A stretch of DNA of 64,000 nt from an uncultured Actinomycetota bacterium (lineage in GTDB: Bacteria; Actinomycetota; Acidimicrobiia; Acidimicrobiales; RAAP-2), in contig CAWIPW010000007.1 in NCBI GenBank assembly GCA_963838005.1, forward strand, positions 54,691 through 118,690. Direction: 5' to 3'. The notes beneath the pieces were generated by a model that did no database searches, was not told where the DNA came from, and worked only from the letters and a program-made list of their open reading frames with translations. Of this stretch, positions 1 through 9,143 are shown piece after piece (position 1 is the stretch's first letter; every line of letters starts with the position of its first letter). The translations under genes were made by a program, and so were the position numbers.

Positions 1-248
1 TCCTCGCCCCAGTCGAAGACGGGGACGATGTTGGGGTGCGACAGGTTGGCGGCGGCCTGGGCCTCCCGGCGGAACCGCTCGACGAACGAACGGTCGATCG
101 ACAGCTCCGGGAACAGGACTTTGAGGGCCACCGGACGGTCGAGCAGCCGGTCGTGGGCGCGGTAGACCTCGGCCATGCCGCCCCGGGCGATGAGGTGGTT
201 CAACTCGTAGCGCTCGGAGAAGACGCGTGGCGTCTGGGTCGAGTCCAT
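1..248 (-). CDS. Ser/Thr protein kinase (Hanks type), N-terminal ~82 codons; gene runs off the window start
   Basis: Reverse translation from the ATG (cat 246-248) gives MDSTQTPRVFSERYELNHLIARGGMAEVYRAHDRLLDRPVALKVLFPEL...HPNIV, i.e. the kinase G-loop and VALK lysine. It lies downstream of pbpA, as pknA/pknB do in Actinobacteria. Confidence 0.85.
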   Translation of the reverse strand, partial: MDSTQTPRVFSERYELNHLIARGGMAEVYRAHDRLLDRPVALKVLFPELSIDRSFVERFRREAQAAANLSHPNIVPVFDWGE

Positions 249-348
249 GCGGCTCAGAGCCTAGGTCCGTGGTCTGGCTGGACTGGGGCACTCATCGGGA
301 CCCTTTCGGTGGTCGTCAGAAGGTCGAAACCGGGGTAGGTCGGGCTGC

Positions 349-1848
349 TCACGAGGGCATTCCCAGGGCCGCAGCCAGGATCTGCTTCATGATCGGGCCG
401 GTCGTCTCGGCGCCCGTCGCCGACGCCGGCTGGTTGGGCACGACCACGGCGACGGCCACCGTCGGGTGACTCGCGGGTGCGAAGGCGATCATCCAGTCGT
501 TCGTCAGCTGGTTGGTGACCCCTGTCTCAGCGGTACCCGTCTTGGCGGCGACCTGCCACGCTGCGGGGAAGCCCACCCTGGCAGCCGTGCCCCCGGGCAT
601 CGTCACCACACCCTGCATGAACGTCGTCAGTGTGGCGGCCGTCTGCTGGCTGACCGCACGCATCCACGGGGTGGGCGCATACGACTCCACCAGATTGCCC
701 TGGTTGTCGCGGATCTGGGCCATCAGGTGGGGGGTCATCACCACCCCGCCGTTGGCCACGCCCTCGGCCACCAGGGCCATCTGCAGCGCGGTCGAATACG
801 TCAGCTCCTGGCCGATGGCGGCCTTGGCCCGCCCCGGGGCATTGTGGAGGAGCGCGCCGGCGGTGGGAAACTGCGAGACGCCGGACCCGGGGAGATCGAT
901 GGGGATCTGCTGGTTGAAGCCGTAGGCCTGGGCCTGCTGGGTGAGCGTCTGCGGGTTGCCCTGGTAGAGATCCAGGCCGATCTGGGCGAAGTCGGCGTCG
1001 CACGAGAAGGCGACGATCTGGGCCAGGTTCCCACCGCAACTCGAGTAGTGGTAGTTGTGCAGGAACTGGCCGCCGGAGTTCGGCAACGGGATCTGCACGA
1101 TCGACGGGTAGGTCATGGACGCGAGATCCGGGCGGGTCTCGAGGACGGCCGAGGTCGTCACGATCTTGAACGTCGACCCCGGTTCGTAGGTCGTCTGGAA
1201 GGCATTCGAGAGGAGCGGCGTGTTGCCGTACCCGCCCTGGTTGTAGGAGAACCAGGCCAGCCGTTGTGTTGTGAGGTTCAGCGACGACAGCGGGTTCGGG
1301 TCGAAGGTGGGGTTGGCATACATGGCCTCCACCGCACCGGTGGTGGGATTGAGGACGACGGCCGCCGCCGGTGAGCCGCCGGGGGCCGAGTCCACGGCAG
1401 CGGCCGTCTGCTCTTGCAGTCCAGAGTTCACCGTCAGGGTGACGTCGTCGACCTGGGTCCGGTCGGTGAGCAGGTCACGCAGGGTCTTGGCGGGGGGCGT
1501 GTGGGCGGTGAGGAAGCTGTTGTACTCGCCCTCGACACCGGTCAGGTGCCCGTAGAGGATGGAATCGAAGCCCGTGATCTGCGCGAACAGCGACGCGGTG
1601 TTGGCCGGGTACACCCTTTGGTACTTGTAGTAGGCGTTCGTCGAGGGCTCGGAGTACGCGAGCTGCAGTCCGTCGGCGGAATAGATCGTGCCCCGCGGGT
1701 ACTGGTACTCGTCGGTGAAGTTGCGAGGATTGGCGGACGCGGTGGCCAGGCCGTGCGCTTTGAACACCTGGATGTTGTTCAGCTGCACGAACAGCCCGAT
1801 GAACAGCAGCAACATCACGACACCGAGCCGTCGGATCCGTCGCTCCAT
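349..1848 (-). CDS. pbpA: class B penicillin-binding protein, PbpA-type transpeptidase
   Basis: Starts MERRIRRLGVVMLLLFIGLF (TM anchor). Has STFK (SxxK) and KTGTAE (KTG) motifs. Its ATG overlaps the pstP stop (TGATG at 1846-1850). It is the lower part of track ORF 349..3339. Confidence 0.9.
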   Translation of the reverse strand: MERRIRRLGVVMLLLFIGLFVQLNNIQVFKAHGLATASANPRNFTDEYQYPRGTIYSADGLQLAYSEPSTNAYYKYQRVYPANTASLFAQITGFDSILYGHLTGVEGEYNSFLTAHTPPAKTLRDLLTDRTQVDDVTLTVNSGLQEQTAAAVDSAPGGSPAAAVVLNPTTGAVEAMYANPTFDPNPLSSLNLTTQRLAWFSYNQGGYGNTPLLSNAFQTTYEPGSTFKIVTTSAVLETRPDLASMTYPSIVQIPLPNSGGQFLHNYHYSSCGGNLAQIVAFSCDADFAQIGLDLYQGNPQTLTQQAQAYGFNQQIPIDLPGSGVSQFPTAGALLHNAPGRAKAAIGQELTYSTALQMALVAEGVANGGVVMTPHLMAQIRDNQGNLVESYAPTPWMRAVSQQTAATLTTFMQGVVTMPGGTAARVGFPAAWQVAAKTGTAETGVTNQLTNDWMIAFAPASHPTVAVAVVVPNQPASATGAETTGPIMKQILAAALGMPS

Positions 1849-3150
1849 CAGGCTGTCCCCCCGGTCGTTGCCGCCGCACCTGCCGCCTGGGAGGGACCGG
1901 CGCAACCGGTCGCGGGCGACTGTTCGGCGAGGGGCAACTTCTCGCAGGTGAGATTCCGGACGTAGTCGGCGGCCGACTGCGCCGAAGACTCCTCGACACC
2001 GCTCTGCAGGGCGGCGTGCAGCTGCGGGTCGGCCGGGATGTCGGCCGTCGTCACCCCGGTCCGCTGATACTCGACGGGGTGGTACCAGAGGAGGCCGCCG
2101 ATCCGGCCCTGGTAGATCACCAGCTCGTTGCCGTTGAGCCCGACGAAGTAGGAGTTGGTGTCGAACCATTTCACGGCGGAGTAGGCGGCCGCCAGGACGG
2201 CGCCGAGGATCACCACGAAGAGCAGCGTGCGGAAGGTGATCAGTCGCCGGCCCCGTTGGCGACGCCGCTCGCGACGCTCGGCCTTGCGGCGCTCGTGCCG
2301 CGTCGGGAATTCGCGCCTCGGGAACGGCGATCGGCTCGGGAGGCTGCCGGTCGTCACCGATGATCTCCCCGCCCGCAGGCGCCACGTACTCGGAACCGGC
2401 GAGGGTCGACGCGGTGGTGCCGTCGTCCTCGCCCACGACCACGTCGACGATGACGACGGTGATGTTGTCGCTGCCCCCGTGGGTCCGGGCCGCCCTGACG
2501 AGCAGGTCGGAGGCCTCCTGGGGATCACCGATGGACGACAGCACCTCGCTGATCTGGTTGTTGCCGAGCTCGTTGGTGAGGCCGTCGCTGCAGAGGAGGT
2601 ACCGGTCGCCGCGGGAGGGCAGCACCCGCCAGAGGTCGACGTCGACGTCCGGGGAGACGCCCAGTGCCCGGGTGAGGATGTGGCGGTGGGGGTGGACGGC
2701 GGCCTCGGCCGTGGTGAGCTCGCCGTTCCTCACCATCTCCTCGGCCAGGCTGTGGTCGACGGTGATCTGGACGAGCTCGCCCTCGTGGTACCGGTAGATC
2801 CTCGAGTCACCCACGTTGACCAGCGCCAACACGTCACGCCCGCCCTCGTTGACGAGCGCCACCGCCGTCAGCGTCGTACCCATCCCGTGGAGTTCGGGGT
2901 CGTCCTCACTGCGCTGCCAGACGACCGTGTTGGCGTCGCCGACGGCACCGGCCAGCCCGGAGCCGCTCGGCTGGCGGCCGAAAGCCGTGCGGAGGGCATC
3001 GATGGCCAGCTGGGACGCGACCTCGCCGCCGGCATGCCCACCCATGCCGTCGGCCACGGCGAACAGGCTGGCCGACTCGAAGGCGAGGTCCTGGTTCGAC
3101 GAGCGGACCAGACCGGTGTCGGACGCCGAGCCCGAGCGCAGGACCGTCAT
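1848..3150 (-). pseudogene. pstP: PP2C-family Ser/Thr phosphatase PstP, one frame break as sequenced
   Basis: The PP2C domain (MTVLRSGSASDTGLVRSSNQD...ADGMGGH...GGSDNITVVIVD) is in the frame of ORF 349..3339. The Arg-rich linker, TM helix (LITFRTLLFVVILGAVLAAAY) and extracytoplasmic tail are in ORF 1848..2528. The shift lies somewhere in ~2290-2420. Confidence 0.8.
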
Positions 3151-3151
3151 C

Positions 3152-3646
3152 TCACTTTCCGATCTCGAACACGGTGCCACCGACCTGGAGGAGGTCGCCC
3201 TTTTCGAGGCGGGTGCGCTCCACGATCTGCTGGGAGTTGACCCATGTGCCATTGGTCGAGCCGAGGTCCTCGACCCACAGGTCGCCGTCGAGACGGAACA
3301 CCCGCGCATGGAGATTCGAGGCGTAGGCGTCGTAGTCAATGGGCACGCCGCAGCCCGCCGCCCGGCCCACCGTCACCTCGTCACCGAGGTCGTAGGCCCG
3401 GTTGCGCTGGTCATCGGGTCGCACCACGTGCAGTCGGAGGTTGCGCGTCTTTCGTGAGGGTTTGCTCTCCGACGCGCCGTCGCCTCCTCGTCTGGCCCGG
3501 CGACGCACCGGCTTGACCTCGACCCACACGGCACGCACGACCCACATGAAGAACAGCCACAACAGAATGATGACCCCTATCTCCAGTGCCCGTAGGAGCG
3601 GCGCGTTGTTGACGGGATTGGGTACGGCGACGAGCAGGGGGTGCAT
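3152..3646 (-). CDS. fhaB: FHA-domain membrane protein FhaB/FipA
   Basis: N-terminal TM segment followed by a C-terminal FHA domain (VTVGRAAGCGVPIDYDAYASNLHARVFRLDGDLWVEDLGSTNGTWVN). Sits directly upstream of pstP. Confidence 0.85.
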   Translation of the reverse strand: MHPLLVAVPNPVNNAPLLRALEIGVIILLWLFFMWVVRAVWVEVKPVRRRARRGGDGASESKPSRKTRNLRLHVVRPDDQRNRAYDLGDEVTVGRAAGCGVPIDYDAYASNLHARVFRLDGDLWVEDLGSTNGTWVNSQQIVERTRLEKGDLLQVGGTVFEIGK

Positions 3647-3664
3647 GGGCGGGAGCGGCAGCCG

Positions 3665-4321
3665 CTACGAGGTCTCGAACCGGAACGAGGTCGTTCCGAT
3701 CGTGATCTCATCGCCGTCCTCGAGCACTCGTTCCCCGATGGAGGCCCCGTTCACCCGGGTGCCGTTGGTGGAGCCCAGGTCCACCAACACCACGTCATTA
3801 CCTATCCTGCGGAGCTCGGCATGGCGTCGGCTGGCGTTGGGGTCGCCCACGACGATCGTGGACTCGGGAAGCCTTCCGATCGTCACGGGCTCGGGACCGA
3901 GCACGATCCGCGAGCCGTCGCCGAGGACCACCGACGCGGCCCGAAGGCCGGAGGGACCCTCCGCCACCTCGGAGCTGATCGAGAAGCGTCCCCGCCGCAA
4001 TCGGGGGTCCTCGATGCATGACACCGTCACCGGACCGACGAACACGTAGTCCTCGGTGCGGGCGTGGTCCCGGGCCGCCTCTTCGAGCTCCCGCACCATC
4101 GCATCGAGAAAGGGCTCGAAGCGGTCGAAGTCGGTGGGCGAGAGCTCGATGATGAAGCGATTGGGCGCGAGAAGGCCGTGGACCCCCAGCCTGCGCCGGA
4201 GATCCATCTCCCTGGTCAGACGGCGGCCGAGCTCCACGGGGTGGAGTTCACCCCGAAACGCTTTGGAGAAGGTTCCGTCGACCATGCGCTCGAGGCGACC
4301 CTCGAACTTCTGCAAACCCAT
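3665..4321 (-). CDS. fhaA: FHA-domain protein FhaA (DUF3662 + FHA)
   Basis: MGLQKFEGRLERMVDGTFSKAFRGELHPVEL is the DUF3662 N-terminus. The C-terminal FHA domain reads TIGRLPESTIVVGDPNASRRHAEL...DLGSTNGTRVNG. Confidence 0.85.
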   Translation of the reverse strand: MGLQKFEGRLERMVDGTFSKAFRGELHPVELGRRLTREMDLRRRLGVHGLLAPNRFIIELSPTDFDRFEPFLDAMVRELEEAARDHARTEDYVFVGPVTVSCIEDPRLRRGRFSISSEVAEGPSGLRAASVVLGDGSRIVLGPEPVTIGRLPESTIVVGDPNASRRHAELRRIGNDVVLVDLGSTNGTRVNGASIGERVLEDGDEITIGTTSFRFETS

Positions 4322-4492
4322 GGTGGCATCAGCCTACCGGTGACACACGACATCTAGGGGGTAGGGCGGGGCAATTCCTGCCCGGGAGCGCCCTGCGAGC
4401 AGGGACGAAATCGCTGGCCAGAGGGCCCCCTGCGGCTCCGTAGTGCCCCGGCGGGGGCCCCGTAGCGATCGGGTAGTCTCTGGCGGTCGCTC

Positions 4493-4579
<87 letters not shown>

Positions 4580-4583
4580 CCAC

Positions 4584-4665
4584 GGGGTGTCGACACAACT
4601 AAGCGGGTCACGTCGACAAAACTCGTTGCCACACAGTCGATCTAGGCATGAATCGGATCTTGGAC
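4584..4665 (+). repeat. direct repeat copy A (GTCGAC-rich, starts 4 nt after tRNA-Leu)
   Basis: GGGGTGTCGACACAACTAAGCGGGTCACGTCGACAAAACTCGTTGCCACACAGTCGATC...CGGATCTTGGAC. Hand alignment to 8930-9009 gives about 73% identity (60/82). Confidence 0.6.
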
Positions 4666-5073
4666 AGGCTCATGGGGTGGTTTGGCCTTCCACCCGTCTC
4701 AGTTCGCTTATGGTTGATTCACGGCCCGTTCGGAGGCGCGCTGATCCAGGAGCGGTGCTCCATGCCGATGCGCGTGGCCTGAGTCAGGCGAAGATTCTGG
4801 ATCAGCTCGTCTCCAGCACCGCCACCTAGCCATCACCGGACTTTTTGGATCGCCCACGACCCGGCGGCGATATGGGTCAGTCTTTGGCGTCTGGTATCGC
4901 CGACTGGATTACCCGAAGTTGCAGGTCAGCCCCTCAAGGTGGCCTGGACAAGCCCACACCGCCAGCCTCCGATCCCCTCTCGGCAAACGCTACCGACACG
5001 TCAGTGCGGGGCTTTTCTCCGGTTTTACCGGAATGGGAGGCAACCTTTCGAGCACGCAGAAGGGTTGAAGTAG

Positions 5074-5764
5074 ATGATGGACGGACGTCGGCGTCAGAGC
5101 CAGCATCGGATTGAGTTTGACCGCTTCGTCGCCCAGACGGCCGATCCCCTGCTGCGGTCGGCCTACCTGATCACCTGGGACTTCGCAGAGGCGGAAGACC
5201 TGGTTCAGGAATGTCTGTTCAAGGTCGCCCGCCGATGGCCCCGGGTCAAGAAGATGGAGAAGCCCGTCGCGTACCGCGCGCACGGTGCTCATCCACCTTG
5301 CGTTGGACGAGGGGAAGCGGCGGAGCCGGCGGCGCTCAGAACTCGGACCTGAAGCGACCGGGCTCCTCGACGCGTACCAAGACGATGCAGCCGTGCACGT
5401 CCTTGGACGCGTCGAGACGAGTACCGACCTGCTGGGTGTGCTCGGAGACCTGCCACCGCGGCAACGCGTCGCCCTCGTGCTGCGGTACTTCGACGACCTG
5501 AGCGAAGCGGAGGTCGCTGACGTCATGGGTTGTTCGGTGGGGACAGTGAAGAGCACCACGTCGCGGGCCCTCGGGCGACTCCGTCGGGAAGTCGAAGGCA
5601 CGGGGGCGGCTTTCGACACCACGGCGGACGGCACGCAGGGAAACGGTACTAGCGGTTCGTCGCGGCCGACCGACCTCCGAACGGCCGCGCTCTCACCTGC
5701 CCGGCCAGACGTGGGCGAAATCGCACAAGCGACGACACAAGCATCTGAAGGGAGCACCACATGA
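5074..5764 (+). pseudogene. ECF-type sigma-70 family factor, one +1 frame break
   Basis: Region 2 (LLRSAYLITWDFAEAEDLVQECLFKVARRW) is in ORF 5074..5352. Region 4 (LPPRQRVALVLRYFDDLSEAEVADVMGCSVGTVKSTTSRALGRLR) is in ORF 5285..5764. An extra C near 5272 (gtc gcg tac C gcg cgc acg gtg ctc) separates them. The stop overlaps the next ATG (ATGA). Confidence 0.8.
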
Positions 5765-6767
5765 CGAAGACGACCTTGGAAGACGAGTTGATCTCCGCGC
5801 TCAGAGCTCGCGCGGCAGCGCTGCCGATGGACGCATCGGAGAAACTGCGCTCCGTCGATTACCACCCGCGGCATCGCCGCGCCACGCCCGCGGTCCTCGG
5901 CGCCACTGCTGTCGGTGCCGCCGCAGCGGGAACCGCCCTGGTGGTTGCCCTCGGTGGGGCTGCTCCGCGTACGCGGGCTGGAGCGCTGCGCCGACCGCGG
6001 CCTCGCCCACATCGTCGTCGCAGGCCGGTCAGAGTTGCCTGGGCGCGCTCCCCTTTGACCAGCCTTCTGGCGCCGAGGTCGGCTCGGGGGCCTGGCAGCC
6101 GGTACTCACCGACGTGCGTGGTCCGTTCACAGTGGCGCTCTACCAGAACAACAGCGCCTACATGAGCTGCTTCACCAGCTCCTCCTTCACACAGGTCACC
6201 CAGGTGAGCTCGGACGGGGGCACCTCGAACGGCGTGCTCAGGATCAGCGGCTCCAGCTCCGGCACTGGCAGTCCCGCGCATGGCTCGTCGACGGTGACGG
6301 TGGGTGGCACAACCTCTGGCGATCTCCAAAACGTCGTGCAGTCGCATCTCTCCACGACTGACGGCCCGTACACACTCGTCGACGGGCGGGTCGCGTCAGG
6401 GGTGACAGGGGTCACCCTCGTGCTCGATAACGGGCAAAACATCGTGGCCACCGTGGCCGACGGGTGGCTTCTCGCCTGGTGGCCCAGCGACGCCTCGGCA
6501 ACCTCGTCGCAGGTAACGAACGCATCCGGGACGACCTCCGAAACACTCTTCTCATCGATCAAGGGACCGCCAACGCCCCCCGCCCCCGGTTCCTGCACGC
6601 CGACCACGACTCCCGACGGAACCAACGGGGTAGTCCACTGCGCCAGCTCCGGCGATGGAAGGGTGGGGCCGGCGAACTCTGGCAACAACGGCAGCGGCCA
6701 GAACGTCACCAGCGCCGGGAACAGCGGGAAAACTGGCGGAACCGGAATCGGCCCGACGAAGCCCTGA
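5761..6767 (+). pseudogene. membrane-anchored Ser/Thr/Gly-rich protein coupled to the ECF sigma (putative anti-sigma factor), frame break ~5950-5965
   Basis: The N-terminal cytoplasmic part and TM helix (ATPAVLGATAVGAAAAGTALVVALGG) are in ORF 5761..6165. The extracytoplasmic domain (AYAGWSAAPT...TVALYQNNSAYMSCF...DGWLLAWWPSD) is in the frame of ORF 6114..6767. Confidence 0.6.
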
Positions 6768-7053
6768 GCCCGCCAGCCAACGAACCCGGCGTCACGAGAC
6801 CAATAGCAATCCAGAATTGCGGAGGCACCGCCCAACGGGTGAGCCAACACCCTCCGACTGGGCACTCACACATTACCGATGGCGGTGGGTGACACTCTCA
6901 CCCAGAATGTTGCCGCACGATCTAGGGCACCCGTCGGACGACATATCCGTCGGGATGCCTCACGCCCTTCTGCCAGGCGTGTTGCGCTCGTCCCCAGACT
7001 TGGTAGCGTCGATCAAGTCAGCGTTCTGGGCTTGGCGGAAAGCGGGGTTTCCC

Positions 7054-8640
7054 ATGAGGAAACCATTCGTACGCATTCTGACATTTGGCACCCTGTTGGC
7101 TCTGGGTGCCAGTCTCCTGGTCTCGACGACCGCACTCGTATCCGCGGCAAACGCACCGTCACCCGGCTGGACCGTCGCCGGAGGGGACATCCACAACACC
7201 AGGGACGGGGCCTCCGAGCACTTCCTGAGCACGGCCGACGTCTGGGGTCTGTGGCCGCACTGGACGTTTACCGCCAAAGGCAACCTCCCTGCGACACCGA
7301 CGGTTGCCAACGGGATCGTGTACGCACCCGACCTGGCCGGCAATCTGTGGGCAATCGGAGCACGCACCGGCAGCATCGTGTGGTCGCGAACGATCGCCAG
7401 CTACACCGGGATCTCGGGAGACGCCTCCCGCGATAGCCCGGCGGTGGCAGGAGACGTGCTCGTGACCGGAGACGGAACCGGCACCACTAATGACAACGGC
7501 GCCTATCTCCTCGGCATCGATGCCTTGACCGGCAGCCTCCTCTGGAAGACCGAGATCGACACCAACCCGCTCGCCATCGTGACCTCCTCGCCCGTTGTCG
7601 ACAACGGGGTTGCCTACGTCGGCGTGTCGTCCAAGACGGAGGTGACGCTGCCGAATCCCTGCTGTACGTTCCGGGGCAGCGTCGTTGCCGTGCAGGTGAG
7701 CACCGGCCGCATCCTGTGGAAGACCTACACGGTGCCAAACAACGACGGGCAACCGGACGAATATTCGGGCAACGCCGTATGGGGAAGCACTCCTGTCGTT
7801 GACAACCAGACGGGCTATCTGTACGTGGGAACGGGCAACAACTACACGGTGCCGGCGGGCATCTGCACCGAACCCAACCAGACGGGGTGCACCCAGCCTC
7901 CCGCCGACGACTACCAAGACTCCGTGCTCGCCCTCAGCCTGCGAACTGGAAACATCGAGTGGGCCATGCACACACTTACCAGCGACACGTTCCGCCTCGC
8001 CTGCATCATCCCTGGCACCCCCTGCGGACCCGACTTCGATTTCGGATCCGGGCCCAACCTCTACACCACGTCGATCGGTGACAAGTCGGTGACGCTGCTC
8101 GGCATCGGCCAGAAGAGCGGGGAGTACTGGGCGCTCGACCCGTCGACGGGCAAGGTGGTCTGGCACACGCTGGTGGGGCCGGGAAGCCTGCTGGGCGGGA
8201 TCGAATGGGGCTCGGCGACCGACGGCACTCGGATTTACGTCGCCGACGCCAACACCTTGCACGCCTCGTACACGATCACTGCTGCCGACGGCACAAAGTC
8301 TTCAACCAATGCCGGATTCTGGACGGCGCTCGACGCCGCCAACGGCAACATCCTCTGGCAGACCGCCGATCCCCAGGGCCAGTCCGACGAGGGTTTCGTG
8401 TCAACCGCCAATGGGGTTGTCTACGCGAGCTCCGAGGCACCGAGCGGACCCAACATGTACGCCCTCGACGCCGCGACCGGCGCGATTGACTGGTCATTCG
8501 CCAGCAGCGGAGCGGTGATCGGCGGGGCCGCGATCCTCAACGGCCAGGTGTATTGGGGATCGGGCTACCCCAGCTGTGGCATCAACATCAGTTGCGGTGT
8601 CGGTGACAAGTTGTACGACTTCTCATTCTGGGGTTTCTGA
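7054..8640 (+). CDS. secreted PQQ-like beta-propeller repeat protein
   Basis: Signal peptide MRKPFVRILTFGTLLALGASLLVSTTALVSA. Repeated 'G..W' propeller blades (TGSIVWSRT, TGSLLWKTE, TGRILWKTY, TGNIEWAM, TGKVVWHT, NGNILWQT, TGAIDWSF). It is the downstream part of ORF 6655..8640. Confidence 0.75.
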   Translation: MRKPFVRILTFGTLLALGASLLVSTTALVSAANAPSPGWTVAGGDIHNTRDGASEHFLSTADVWGLWPHWTFTAKGNLPATPTVANGIVYAPDLAGNLWAIGARTGSIVWSRTIASYTGISGDASRDSPAVAGDVLVTGDGTGTTNDNGAYLLGIDALTGSLLWKTEIDTNPLAIVTSSPVVDNGVAYVGVSSKTEVTLPNPCCTFRGSVVAVQVSTGRILWKTYTVPNNDGQPDEYSGNAVWGSTPVVDNQTGYLYVGTGNNYTVPAGICTEPNQTGCTQPPADDYQDSVLALSLRTGNIEWAMHTLTSDTFRLACIIPGTPCGPDFDFGSGPNLYTTSIGDKSVTLLGIGQKSGEYWALDPSTGKVVWHTLVGPGSLLGGIEWGSATDGTRIYVADANTLHASYTITAADGTKSSTNAGFWTALDAANGNILWQTADPQGQSDEGFVSTANGVVYASSEAPSGPNMYALDAATGAIDWSFASSGAVIGGAAILNGQVYWGSGYPSCGINISCGVGDKLYDFSFWGF

Positions 8641-8781
8641 CATCGAGTGGGTTGCATCGACGAGCGTCGTGCCGATCGCATGCGGGAATGCCCAAAACGT
8701 CACGGCGTCGTGTGAGTCGCCTGGCTTGTGGAGGTCAGTCAGACCGAAGGACCACTGACGACGATCCTCGGCGGCTGCCAT
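8623..8781 (-). CDS. hypothetical 52-aa protein (weak call)
   Basis: The ATG is preceded by GGAGG at 5-nt spacing (agggacGGAGGatcATG). Sequence MAAAEDRRQWSFGLTDLHKPGDSHDAVTFWAFPHAIGTTLVDATHSMSETPE. No family recognised. Its 3' end overlaps the PQQ-like gene by 18 nt. Confidence 0.25.
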   Translation of the reverse strand: MAAAEDRRQWSFGLTDLHKPGDSHDAVTFWAFPHAIGTTLVDATHSMSETPE

Positions 8782-8929
8782 GATCCTCCGTCCCTAAAAA
8801 TCCAAGCGGACGAGGTAGGTCGACTGCAAGCTCGATAAATCCAGACCCATAGCGTTGGTAATGGCTCCAGCCAGGTCGCCGTCAGGCCAGCCCAACCGGG
8901 TTTTGTCGACAGCCCACTCACTCAACTGA

Positions 8930-9009
8930 GGGGTGTCGACGAAACCTGGGGCGTGACGTCGACAACTGTCGTTGCGGCAGAGTCGATCCGGGTAAACCGG
9001 ATCCTGCAC
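8930..9009 (+). repeat. direct repeat copy B
   Basis: GGGGTGTCGACGAAACCTGGGGCGTGACGTCGACAACTGTCGTTGCGGCAGAGTCGATC...CGGATCCTGCAC. Same orientation as copy A at 4584-4665. Confidence 0.6.
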
Positions 9010-9143
9010 CGGTCGGGTGGGCCGATCAAAAGGCGCACACCGAGGCGGCCCGTCGAACCGAACTGCAAGGCAGTACCGGTGGTCCGGGCATAGCGGCGGC
9101 GCGTGAACTGGCGCCTTGGCCCGGGATCACCGAGAACATGCCC

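Noticed and set aside
349-3339. Single 996-aa ORF suggesting a PP2C phosphatase fused to a penicillin-binding protein
   Set aside because: The middle third is Arg/Pro-rich nonsense. The real PstP tail (TM helix) is in another frame (ORF 1848..2528) and ends exactly where pbpA starts. This is read-through of an open high-GC frame, not a fusion.
4580-5073. Search for an integrase, excisionase or transposase next to tRNA-Leu
   Set aside because: No frame on either strand gives recombinase-like sequence. Only short compositionally odd ORFs are present, so no mobile-element feature is called.
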